DNA from: an uncultured Rhodospirillaceae bacterium
GTDB lineage: Bacteria > Pseudomonadota > Alphaproteobacteria > CAAGCB01 > CAG-977
DNA: 51,929 bases
Reading direction: 5' to 3'
Assembly (NCBI GenBank): GCA_900553035.1
Contig: USCC01000003.1
Coordinates: 1 to 51,929, forward strand
Shown: positions 25,775 to 34,044 of the stretch, piece after piece
Position numbering within the stretch: position 1 is the stretch's first letter
Layout of the letters: each line of letters starts with the position of its first letter
Notes under the pieces: model-generated
What the model was told of the DNA's origin: nothing
What the model saw: the letters and a program-made list of their open reading frames with translations, nothing else
Databases searched by the model: none
Translations under genes and position numbers: made by a program

Positions 25775-26220
25775 TTTTCTTTATGGGTGCGGCGGATTTT
25801 TCTCTGCCGCAGACATAAGGAAAAACAACGTTTTCCGAAAGCGGTTCGGAACATTGTCCGATTTTGTCCCGTCCCGTCAAGGGCTTCGCAAGCGGCTTCG
25901 CCGCCCTTGACCGGACAAGACAAAATCAGTCTTTGAAAATTGTTCCCGCTTCCGGAAAAAACATAATTTTTTAGGGGTACTTTAAAAAATGTTGACCGCA
26001 ACCCAAAAATTTGGCACCGTTATAAGTGGAGCTCAAAACTCCATTTTGCAAACGCGGATGCCGCACCCGAAAGATTATGCGGTATTTTTGTGCCCGTTTT
26101 TTGTCGGGAGTGTGAGGAATATAATACCCTTTTGGGGAATAACTCCGCACATCGTTTGCTGTGTTTTGAGCTCCCGACGCCTGATCGGTTCAGGTTTATC
26201 CATCAAAAGGAGCAAACGTT

Positions 26221-26808
26221 ATGACACAAAACATTATAAAATCAGACATCTATCAGCTTGTCGAAATCGACGGGGAAATGAAAATCCGCGACTTGGATCT
26301 GGCGGAACGTTTGGAAATGAAAAATCCGCACGACATTCGGACGCTAATAAAGAAAAATTTGGACGAACTCCAGAGTTTCTGCCCAATCTCGGCGATGCCG
26401 AGAAAGGAAAATGTCGGCTTGGGATTAACCAGAACGGTCGAATCTTTCTTCTTGAACGAAGAACAGGCCTTATTGGTTTGTATTTTGTCGCGTACGGCAA
26501 AAGCAAAGGAAGTTCGCCGCGAACTCATTGCCCTTTATTCTCAGTATCGACACGGCGAATTGGAAAAAACGAATACACGTTTTCTTGTCGAAGACTTGCA
26601 ATTCGAGATTTTGAAATCAAATCCCGAATGGGCAAAGATTCTGCGCTGTCATCAGGCGGGGCTTTCGGGAAAGGAAATCGGAAAAGTCGTCGGAAAGTCA
26701 AAAGATACCGTCAATCGACAGCTTCAGCGTATGCACGCTTGCGGCTTTCCCGTTCGTTTGGTTTCGGGACGCAAACCCGCTCAGCTTTCCCTGCCGTTCG
26801 GAGGGTAA
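26221..26808 (+). CDS. Phage regulatory protein (antirepressor/Rha-like N-terminus, C-terminal HTH)
   Basis: AGGAG RBS. IRDLDLAERLEMKNPHDIRTLIKKNLDEL resembles the N-terminus of phage regulatory proteins. C-terminal LSGKEIGKVVGKSKDTVNRQLQRM is an HTH. Confidence 0.6.
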   Translation: MTQNIIKSDIYQLVEIDGEMKIRDLDLAERLEMKNPHDIRTLIKKNLDELQSFCPISAMPRKENVGLGLTRTVESFFLNEEQALLVCILSRTAKAKEVRRELIALYSQYRHGELEKTNTRFLVEDLQFEILKSNPEWAKILRCHQAGLSGKEIGKVVGKSKDTVNRQLQRMHACGFPVRLVSGRKPAQLSLPFGG

Positions 26809-26812
26809 AGCC

Positions 26813-26959
26813 ATGGGGAAAGTCATTAAATTGCCCCAAAAGCGGATTTATAAACCCGACGTCAGCCGTAAAATCAAAGACGCGATTGAAAGCGGTAAAA
26901 TCACTTTTGAAGATTTGGATTTCGCCCTTAAAATCTGCGAAATCATTAATCGCGTTTAA
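26813..26959 (+). CDS. Small hypothetical protein (48 aa; below track cut-off)
   Basis: GGAGGG lies 6 nt upstream of ATG 26813. Followed directly by terminator 26979-27008. Confidence 0.35.
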   Translation: MGKVIKLPQKRIYKPDVSRKIKDAIESGKITFEDLDFALKICEIINRV

Positions 26960-26978
26960 TCTTTTAACCTTTATTTCT

Positions 26979-27008
26979 CCCTGCCGCTTTCAAGGGCGGC
27001 AGGGTTTT
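26979..27008 (+). terminator. Intrinsic terminator
   Basis: ccctgccgc-tttcaagg-gcggcaggg followed by tttt. Confidence 0.75.
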
Positions 27009-27030
27009 CCGTGTCTGAAAGGAATCTGAA

Positions 27031-27444
27031 ATGACCGCAGATAAACGCCCTCTTTTAGCCAAAATCCACATCGCCAAAGCACAGTTGAACCTTGACGACG
27101 ACCAATACCGCGATATTGTGTGGCGCATCACAGGCAGGGACAGCGCGGCAAAGTGCCGTTATTCCCAACTGGTTGACCTGATTAACGAATTTAAGGCGTT
27201 GGGTTGGAAAACGCCGAAGAAAAAGGCGTTCCGGCGCGCACCGTCCGACGGAATTAAAAAAATCTATGCGCTTTGGGGCGAACTGCAGGCTTTGGAAGCG
27301 GTTCAATCGACCGATAAAACCGCCGCGCTTGATGCTTTTTGCAAAAAGTACACGGGCATCGACAGCGTTCAATGGCTACAGCCAGCTCAACAACAAAAAA
27401 TTATCGAAATTCTCAAGCAATGGATTAAACGTATCGGGGGTTAA
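27031..27444 (+). CDS. gemA: GemA-like protein (Mu gp16 family, DUF1018)
   Basis: LLAKIHIAKAQLNLDDDQYRDIV... is the characteristic GemA N-terminus. Sits directly before mor, as in Mu. Confidence 0.8.
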   Translation: MTADKRPLLAKIHIAKAQLNLDDDQYRDIVWRITGRDSAAKCRYSQLVDLINEFKALGWKTPKKKAFRRAPSDGIKKIYALWGELQALEAVQSTDKTAALDAFCKKYTGIDSVQWLQPAQQQKIIEILKQWIKRIGG

Positions 27445-27446
27445 TA

Positions 27447-27824
27447 ATGAAAAAAAACGGAATAACGTTGCCGATGTCGATGTTGGAAATCGCCGAAACG
27501 GTAGGATTTGACGCGGCCGTTGTCCTTATGGACAATTTCGGTGGTATCGGATCGTTTTATATTCCTCGCGTCGCTTTGGAAAAGCATAAAATAGCGCGGC
27601 TGATCGGCTTTGAAAATTATAAGAAATTGTGCAAAAACTTCGGCGGACAGCGTTTATTTATTCCCCGCGGCGCGTACAGGCGTTTAAAGAAATCGCTGAT
27701 AATCGAAGCGGACGGCAATATCTCCAACCGTCAACTTTGCCGCATTTTGGGCGTAACGGAACGTTACGTCCTGAAAGTCAAAGCCGAATTGAAAGAAGAC
27801 AAAAAACAAGGCGAATTGTTTTAA
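27447..27824 (+). CDS. mor: Mor/C-family transcriptional activator
   Basis: 125 aa. ...FGGQRLFIPRG... and C-terminal HTH ISNRQLCRILGVTERYVLKVK are typical of Mu Mor/C. Confidence 0.85.
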   Translation: MKKNGITLPMSMLEIAETVGFDAAVVLMDNFGGIGSFYIPRVALEKHKIARLIGFENYKKLCKNFGGQRLFIPRGAYRRLKKSLIIEADGNISNRQLCRILGVTERYVLKVKAELKEDKKQGELF

Positions 27825-27852
27825 AATAACACAGCAATGTGAAAAATATACG

Positions 27853-27881
27853 TTGATATTCACTTTTATTACATGTAGAAT
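27853..27881 (+). promoter_or_regulatory. Sigma70-type promoter of the ParA-like moron
   Basis: TTGATA(27853-58)-17 nt-TAGAAT(27876-81), 30 nt upstream of ATG 27912. Confidence 0.55.
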
Positions 27882-27911
27882 GTATTTTAACAACAATTTT
27901 GGAGAAAAATT

Positions 27912-28928
27912 ATGACAATCTACACATTTTGGAATAACAAAGGTGGAACGGGAAAGACGAGCTTAGCTTTTCAAGCGATTTGCAGGTATGCGCAACAAAA
28001 CAAGGATAAAAAAATCCTTGCTTTAGATTTGTGTCCTCAGGCCAATTTATCAGAATTATTTTTAGGGGGATTAGAGGGAAAAGGAAGTGAAAATTTATTA
28101 AAAATACAAGGGGGCGCTAAACGAGCGACAATAGGAGGATATTTTCAAGACAGAATGCCTTCACCATATATTGTTACACCGAATATATTGATGAAGGAGT
28201 TTATTATAAAACCATCTAAATATAATTTTTTAATTCCCCAAAATATAGATTTGGTTTGTGGAGATCCTTTGTTAGAAATGCAATCAAACGCCGTTTCTAC
28301 ATTAGCGAATGCTAATATTCCTGGAACAAACACATGGATATGTGCCATTGACTGGGTTAAGGACTTTTTAGCTCCCTTAAAAGATGAATACACGGATTTC
28401 TTTTTTGATACAAATCCAAGTTTTTCAATATATACACAAATGACCCTTGCTGCTTCCGAACGTTTAATTTTTCCCGTCATGGCGGATGATTCTTCGAAAA
28501 GGGCAATACAAAATGCATTATCATTGATATATGGTATTTTATTGCCGTCTCCTATTTATCAATCATACGCATTTAATGCAAAGTTAGCGGCAGAGAACCG
28601 TCCTTTACCAAAGGTTCATCTCATTGTAAAAAATCGTTTAACCCAATATATGGGAACTGCTTCTGCTTATCATGCCGTATTAAAAACCATTGACGATATC
28701 GTACGAGATAACCTTTCTTCTTGTGCGTGTTCTTTTTCAAATATTAACGATTGCATCGTTAATGTGAGGGATTTCCAAACGACAGGAGTTGTTTCTTTTG
28801 CGCGTGGTGCTCCTTTCTTTTCTTTGTCTGCACGTTCTTATTCAATACAAAATAAAAGGGTAAAGATACGAGAAGATTATCTTGATAACTGTATAGAGGC
28901 AATAGATAACGTGGTCGCAAGATTATAA
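27912..28928 (+). CDS. Stand-alone ParA/MinD-superfamily ATPase (338 aa), AT-rich moron
   Basis: Deviant Walker A WNNKGGTGKTSLAF, then ALDLCPQANLS, and Walker B-like FFFDTNPS. No parB or centromere-like partner seen. Confidence 0.8.
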   Translation: MTIYTFWNNKGGTGKTSLAFQAICRYAQQNKDKKILALDLCPQANLSELFLGGLEGKGSENLLKIQGGAKRATIGGYFQDRMPSPYIVTPNILMKEFIIKPSKYNFLIPQNIDLVCGDPLLEMQSNAVSTLANANIPGTNTWICAIDWVKDFLAPLKDEYTDFFFDTNPSFSIYTQMTLAASERLIFPVMADDSSKRAIQNALSLIYGILLPSPIYQSYAFNAKLAAENRPLPKVHLIVKNRLTQYMGTASAYHAVLKTIDDIVRDNLSSCACSFSNINDCIVNVRDFQTTGVVSFARGAPFFSLSARSYSIQNKRVKIREDYLDNCIEAIDNVVARL

Positions 28929-28942
28929 AAATCTTTACAGAG

Positions 28943-28966
28943 AAAAAGCCTCCGAAGAGGCTTTTT
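28943..28966. terminator. Bidirectional intrinsic terminator
   Basis: aaaaagcctc-cgaa-gaggcttttt between convergent genes ending at 28928 and 28985. Confidence 0.8.
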
Positions 28967-28984
28967 CTTTGAGATAAAATCTAT

Positions 28985-29449
28985 TTAAAAATCAATCCCT
29001 TCCGTCGGATAAAACATATTTGCTCCGTTTTTTGAAACGTCCCAACCGCAAATTTCTTGAGTAACCCGCTTGTCCGTAATTATACCGGATTGTTTTCCGC
29101 TTCCCATATAAAAGGACAATGTTTGACCCCATGCGCGATAATTGCCTGAAATGTTCTTTAAGTCGTTTTTTAATTTAACGCTGACTTCTAACTGTTCCTT
29201 CCAACCGTAATCGTCCGTTTGATAAGGATAGGCCTCTTGGAAAAAAGCCGTTGCTTCTTTGACGTCGCTTGCCGCCCTTTTAAATAACGCCGGACAGCTT
29301 TCCTTTAAAACGTTCAAAGCCTTTTCTACCTTTTCAATATGGGCGGGATTGTTATATTCTCCGTTTGGCACGTATTTTATATCGACAGTTGGCGCGGAAC
29401 CGCAACCGCACAAAACGGCACAAACACACAGATAAAACAGCTTTTTCAT
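28985..29449 (-). CDS. Lipoprotein (154 aa), AT-rich moron
   Basis: Lipobox MKKLFYLCVCAVLCGC|GS. No family recognised. Confidence 0.8.
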   Translation of the reverse strand: MKKLFYLCVCAVLCGCGSAPTVDIKYVPNGEYNNPAHIEKVEKALNVLKESCPALFKRAASDVKEATAFFQEAYPYQTDDYGWKEQLEVSVKLKNDLKNISGNYRAWGQTLSFYMGSGKQSGIITDKRVTQEICGWDVSKNGANMFYPTEGIDF

Positions 29450-29497
29450 TCTTTTCTCCCGTCAACAAGAAAAACACTTAAGATTGTATGTTTAAAC

Positions 29498-29527
29498 ATT
29501 TTAATCTGAAAAATAAGCTCTCGTCAA
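29498..29527 (-). promoter_or_regulatory. Candidate sigma70 promoter for lipoprotein gene
   Basis: Minus strand TTGACG(29527-29522)-18 nt-TAAAAT(29503-29498). Confidence 0.4.
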
Positions 29528-29599
29528 TCTGCGGGGATATTTTCCCTCTTGTGCTTTTTACGTCGCTGCCTTATTGTCAAAAACAAAAGCAAATCCGCC

Positions 29600-29650
29600 G
29601 TTTGCAGTGAACTGTTCAGAATATTATCGTCGGTGTCGTTTTCCTAAAAT
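29600..29650 (+). promoter_or_regulatory. Late promoter 1: 26-bp conserved motif + 19 nt + TAAAAT
   Basis: GTTTGCAGTGAACTGTTCAGAATATT (29600-29625) is identical to 37532-37557. TAAAAT at 29645-29650 has the same spacing as at the second copy. Confidence 0.55.
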
Positions 29651-29689
29651 CAATCCTGACACGGATTGATTTTTTTTTATGGAAAAGAC

Positions 29690-29887
29690 ATGGACATTGC
29701 AGATCAGGCGCAAGCCGAAATCGAAAAAATGAACGTCAAGGTTTCAAGAACGTCGTCCAAAAAAGCGACGCCCGTTTCAGCAGAATTTTGCGCTGAATGC
29801 GGGGAGCCGATTCCCGAAGCCCGTCGTTTGGCCGTTCCGGGGTGTCGTCTGTGCGTTGAATGCCAGACGGAGCAGGAGTGCGGCTGA
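29690..29887 (+). CDS. TraR/DksA-family C4 zinc-finger protein
   Basis: CAECGEPIPEARRLAVPGCRLCVEC is the TraR-type C4 finger. Start taken at ATG 29690 (MDIADQAQ). Confidence 0.8.
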   Translation: MDIADQAQAEIEKMNVKVSRTSSKKATPVSAEFCAECGEPIPEARRLAVPGCRLCVECQTEQECG

Positions 29888-30201
29888 TGGCGGCGTTTAT
29901 CGGATTTATCAAGGATTACTGGGGCGTGATCGTCGGCGTTGCCGGATTTTTCTTCGGCTGGGTCAAATTCACGGCGGCCAAGACGTATGCTTCAAAAGAG
30001 GACGTTTCAAAGCTGGAACACCGCGTTTCGGCGGTTGAACAATCGGTCAAAGGATTGGCGACGCAAAAGGATATGCATGATCTGACGTTAAAGCTGGAAC
30101 GTCTGACGGGCAAAATAGACAAGATTGAAGCAATCTCAGAACGCATGGAAAACACCGTGCGGCGACAGGAAGATTTTTTGATGAACCGGGGGAATTTATG
30201 A
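29887..30201 (+). CDS. Small membrane/coiled-coil protein (Mu gp25-like, DUF2730-like)
   Basis: TGATG overlap with the previous stop. TM helix YWGVIVGVAGFFFGWV followed by a coiled coil. Position is before the terminase module. Confidence 0.6.
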   Translation: MAAFIGFIKDYWGVIVGVAGFFFGWVKFTAAKTYASKEDVSKLEHRVSAVEQSVKGLATQKDMHDLTLKLERLTGKIDKIEAISERMENTVRRQEDFLMNRGNL

Positions 30202-30503
30202 ATACGTCGTATAAAGAAATCGTCGCACAAGACCGCCGCTTGGCCATGCTTCGTTTTTTGGCGGAAGACAGCGATTACAAAATAAATGATTCCGTCATGC
30301 AACAGGCTTTGGAACAACTGGGGCATTCGGTCAGCCGCGAAGCGATACGGGCGGATTTTGATTTTCTGGCGGAAATCGGATTGATTGAGGTTGAAACGTA
30401 TTTTGACGGCAAGGTGCAGGTTGCCAAAATCACGGGGCGCGGGCTGGACGTCGCGGCGGGACGCGCCGTCGTAACGGGCGTTAAACGCCCCAGACCGGAG
30501 TAA
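30198..30503 (+). CDS. Winged-helix protein (Mu gp26-position)
   Basis: 101 aa with ATGA overlap. RLAMLRFLAEDSDYKINDSVMQQALEQLGHSVSREAIRADFDFLAEIGLI. Confidence 0.6.
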   Translation: MNTSYKEIVAQDRRLAMLRFLAEDSDYKINDSVMQQALEQLGHSVSREAIRADFDFLAEIGLIEVETYFDGKVQVAKITGRGLDVAAGRAVVTGVKRPRPE

Positions 30504-30507
30504 TCAA

Positions 30508-31038
30508 ATGGGACGGCGTTCAAGCATAGACCGTCTGCCCGCCGCCGTTCGCGACAAAATCGGCGCGCTGCGGCAGGAAGGTCGAACGATTGACGAGATT
30601 ATGGCAAAGCTGGACGAATTAAACGTTGACGTCAGCCGTTCCGCCGTCGGCCGTCATTGCAAACGTTTGGAAAGCATACAGGCGTCAATCCGCCAAAGCA
30701 GGACGATTGCCGAAGCGATTGTCAAGGATTACGGCGACGAATATAAAGAAAACAAAGTCGCCCGCGCAAATATCGAAGTTTTGCACAGTATTTTGTTTCG
30801 CATGATGGGATCCGAAGACGGCGAACCCGTAACACTTGACGCAAAGGACGCGATGTTTCTGGCAACATCATTGGAGAAGCTGACAAAAGCGGAAAAAACC
30901 GATTTTGAAAAGGAAATGAAGCTGCGCGACAAAATCAGGGAAAAAGCGGAAAAGAACCTTGAAAAAACGGCGCAGAAAAAGGGATTTTCCCCCGAAGTCA
31001 TCGAAACGATCCGCCGCGAAATCTTGGGAGGGCTGTAA
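30508..31038 (+). CDS. Terminase small subunit (Mu gp27-like, DUF3486)
   Basis: MGRRSSIDRLPAAVRDKIGALRQEGRTIDEIMAKL matches the DUF3486 N-terminal HTH pattern. Confidence 0.8.
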   Translation: MGRRSSIDRLPAAVRDKIGALRQEGRTIDEIMAKLDELNVDVSRSAVGRHCKRLESIQASIRQSRTIAEAIVKDYGDEYKENKVARANIEVLHSILFRMMGSEDGEPVTLDAKDAMFLATSLEKLTKAEKTDFEKEMKLRDKIREKAEKNLEKTAQKKGFSPEVIETIRREILGGL

Positions 31039-32513
31039 TGGACAAAGGTTTTCTGCCCTATCAGCGCGAATTGACGGATTGTGTGTTTAAATACCCCGTG
31101 ACCGTCGTCGAAAAGTCGCGACGGACGGGATACACTTGGGCGGCGGCGGGAATCTCCGTTTTGATTTCGGCGGCGGAAAACAACCCGTCGGATACGTATT
31201 ACATGGGTTATGATTTGGAGATGGCTCGCGAATTTATAGAGGTCGCGGGGGAATGGGCAAAACGCTTTTCCATGCTTTCTTCCGCCGTTGAAGAGTACGT
31301 TTTTGAAGATCCGGAATCCCCCGAAAAAAACATCAAAGCCTTTCGCATCACGTTTGCAAACGGCCGCAAGATTGTCGCGCTGCCCTCCGTTCCGAGGGCT
31401 TTGCGCGGCAAACAGGGCTTTGTGCTGATTGACGAAGCGGCATTCCATAACGATTTGGCCGAAGTTTTAAAGGCGGCTTTCGCTCTTTTGATTTGGGGCG
31501 GAAAAGTTTTAATTCTGTCCACGCATGACGGCGAAGACAATCCGTTCAACGAACTGATCAACGACGTTAGAGCGGGCAAAAAGCCTTACAAACTATTGCG
31601 CTGTACGTTTGACGACGCTTTAAAGGACGGGCTTTTCCGGCGTATTTGCCAAAAAACGGGCAAAGAATGGAGCAAAGAAGCCGAACAAAAATGGCGGCAG
31701 GAAATAATTGATTTTTACGGCGACGACGCGGAAGAAGAATTGTTTTGCGTGCCTTCCAGAGGTTCGGGAACATACCTGACCCGCGCTTTGATTGAACGGG
31801 CTATGGCCGCCGACATTCCCGTGTTGCGTTTGGCGCAAAAAGACGATTTTGCCGCGTTGCCCCCCGAAATGCGTGAAAAGAGTATTGACGACTGGCTGTC
31901 GGGCAACGTGGAAAGCCTGTTAAACGCCGTTCCGGACGACGGGCTGACGTCGTTCGGGTTTGACTTCGGTAGGTCGGGCGATTTGTCGGTCTTGTGGATT
32001 TTACGGGAACAAAAAGACCTTAGTTTGAAAACGCCGTTTGTCATAGAGCTTTCAAATATACCGTTTGACCAACAGCGTCAAATTCTGTTTTACGTCATCG
32101 ACCGCCTGCCGCGGTTTCATGCGGGCGCGATGGACGCCAGAGGCAACGGGTCGTATTTGGCCGAAGCGTGCTGGCAAAAATACGGTTCGGGAAAAATCGA
32201 CAAGGTCATGCTGTCGCAGGGTTGGTATCGGGACAATATGCCGGCGTTAAAGGCGCGATTTGAGGATGCGACGCTTTTAATTCCGAAGGACGCCGATATT
32301 TTAAGCGATCTGCGCGCCTTAAAAGTCGTCAAGGGAATAGCGTGCGTTCCCGAAAAACGAATAACGGGCAAAAACGGATTAAAGCGTCACGGCGATGCGG
32401 CGGTTGCTTTGGCTTTTGCCGTCGCGGCGTCAAGAACCGATCCGGTTGAATACGATTATATGACGTATGACGCCGATGACGACGGATTTAATTTCAACGA
32501 AGGAACGTATTAA
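31038..32513 (+). CDS. Terminase large subunit (Mu gp28-like)
   Basis: 491 aa. Walker-A-like KSRRTGYTWA and LIDEAAF (Walker B). Position fits. Confidence 0.88.
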   Translation: MDKGFLPYQRELTDCVFKYPVTVVEKSRRTGYTWAAAGISVLISAAENNPSDTYYMGYDLEMAREFIEVAGEWAKRFSMLSSAVEEYVFEDPESPEKNIKAFRITFANGRKIVALPSVPRALRGKQGFVLIDEAAFHNDLAEVLKAAFALLIWGGKVLILSTHDGEDNPFNELINDVRAGKKPYKLLRCTFDDALKDGLFRRICQKTGKEWSKEAEQKWRQEIIDFYGDDAEEELFCVPSRGSGTYLTRALIERAMAADIPVLRLAQKDDFAALPPEMREKSIDDWLSGNVESLLNAVPDDGLTSFGFDFGRSGDLSVLWILREQKDLSLKTPFVIELSNIPFDQQRQILFYVIDRLPRFHAGAMDARGNGSYLAEACWQKYGSGKIDKVMLSQGWYRDNMPALKARFEDATLLIPKDADILSDLRALKVVKGIACVPEKRITGKNGLKRHGDAAVALAFAVAASRTDPVEYDYMTYDADDDGFNFNEGTY

Positions 32514-32514
32514 A

Positions 32515-34044
32515 ATGGCTGTTTTATTAGATCGGTTCGGTAATCCCGTCAAAACGTCGAATTTAACGAAAGAGGACGCTTCCTGTCTGATTGCGGGCGT
32601 TCGGATGCATGAATCGGGGTATCCGTCTTTCGGGCTGACGCCTAAAAAACTGTCAAGCCTGCTTAGATCGGCCGACGACGGCGATATGGACGCTTATTTG
32701 GATCTGGCCGAAGAAATGGAAGAAAAGGAACCGCAGTACCTTTCCGTTTTAGGGACGCGCAAACGCGCCGTGTCGCAGCTGGACGTCAGCGTCGAAGCCG
32801 CGGGAAGCTCTGCCGAAGAGGAAAAACACGCCGATTTCGTGCGCGAATTTATCGCTCGCGACACGCTTTCCGACGAACTGTTCGACCTGATGGACGCGGT
32901 CGGCAAAGGCTTTTCTGTTTCGGAAATCGTTTGGGAATGTTCGGAAAAACAATGGAAACCCGTCAAAATTCAGCACGTCAATCCGAAATGGTTTTCTTTG
33001 GACAAGGATATGCGGACGCTGTTGTTAAAAACGCAGGACGGCAAAGTTCCGCTTGAACCGTTTAAATATATTCAGTGCGTCATGAATGCAAAGTCGGGGC
33101 TTCCTCTTCGCGGCGGTCTGGCGCGTGTCGTGTCTTGGTATTATATGTTTAAAAACTTTGACGTTAAAAGCTGGGTTACCTTTTTAGAGGTTTACGGCCA
33201 GCCTTTGCGCGTCGGCAAATACGGGACGAACGCGACGCAAAAGGACAAAGAAACGCTGATGCGCGCCGTTTACAACATCGGCGCGGACACGGCGGCGTGC
33301 ATTCCCGAAAGCATGATGATCGAGTTCATCACGGCGCAAAATTCGGGGTCGGCGGAACTGTATCAACAGTTCGCGCAGTATGTCGATTTGATGATTTCAA
33401 AAATCGTTTTGGGGCAAACGACAACGACGGACGCCGTATCGGGCGGACACGCGGTTTCAAAAGAACATAACGAAGTCCGCCGCGACATCATGCGATCCGA
33501 CGCCAAGCAGCTGGCCGCTGTTTTAAAGCGCGATTTGATTATCCCGATGATTGATTTGAACTTCGGGACGCAGAAAAATTATCCGAACATACGCATCGGA
33601 AATTTCGACGACGAGGATTTAACGGCACTGTCCGACACCTTGTCAAAGCTGGTGCCGCTGGGGCTTCAAGTATCCGCGTCGCAGGTGCGTTCAAAAATCG
33701 GTCTTGACGCGCCGAAGGACGAAAACGACATTTTGAAATATGCCGCTCCGTCCTTTGATACGGCTTTTAATCAGGCGAAAAAATCTTTAAACGAAACCGA
33801 AAAATCTGAACCGGATTCCGTTGACGAAGCCGTCAAGGAAATGGAAGCCGAATGGGAGCGCGTTTTAACGCCCGTTATTTGTCCGGTTGAACGGCTTTTA
33901 AACGATTGTCACAGCTATGACGAGGCTTTTCAACGCCTTGCCGAAGCGTATCCGGACATGGATGCGGCGGCTTTGACGGAATATCTGGCGCAGGCCTTGT
34001 TCAAAGCAAATTTAAACGGGCGTTTAAATCATGGCCGGAATTGA
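32515..34044 (+). CDS. Portal protein (Mu gp29-like, DUF935)
   Basis: 509 aa from ATG 32515 (MAVLLDRFGNPV). Follows the terminase. DUF935-like LRSADDGDMDAYLDLAEEMEEKEPQYLSVLGTRK. Confidence 0.88.
   Translation: MAVLLDRFGNPVKTSNLTKEDASCLIAGVRMHESGYPSFGLTPKKLSSLLRSADDGDMDAYLDLAEEMEEKEPQYLSVLGTRKRAVSQLDVSVEAAGSSAEEEKHADFVREFIARDTLSDELFDLMDAVGKGFSVSEIVWECSEKQWKPVKIQHVNPKWFSLDKDMRTLLLKTQDGKVPLEPFKYIQCVMNAKSGLPLRGGLARVVSWYYMFKNFDVKSWVTFLEVYGQPLRVGKYGTNATQKDKETLMRAVYNIGADTAACIPESMMIEFITAQNSGSAELYQQFAQYVDLMISKIVLGQTTTTDAVSGGHAVSKEHNEVRRDIMRSDAKQLAAVLKRDLIIPMIDLNFGTQKNYPNIRIGNFDDEDLTALSDTLSKLVPLGLQVSASQVRSKIGLDAPKDENDILKYAAPSFDTAFNQAKKSLNETEKSEPDSVDEAVKEMEAEWERVLTPVICPVERLLNDCHSYDEAFQRLAEAYPDMDAAALTEYLAQALFKANLNGRLNHGRN

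Noticed and set aside
25989-27029. 346-aa + strand ORF spanning the non-coding gap, gene 26221-26808 and the terminator
   Set aside because: It is Arg/Ser/Lys-rich and low-complexity, has no RBS, and runs through a strong terminator hairpin. The 195-aa frame with an AGGAG RBS is protein-like.
29651-29680. Hairpin caatcc-tgacac-ggattg followed by a T-run, between late promoter 1 and the TraR-like start, considered as a terminator or attenuator
   Set aside because: A TSS about 7 nt after TAAAAT (29645-50) would fall inside the left arm, so late transcripts probably cannot form the hairpin. It may only insulate against upstream read-through. This is too uncertain to list as a feature.
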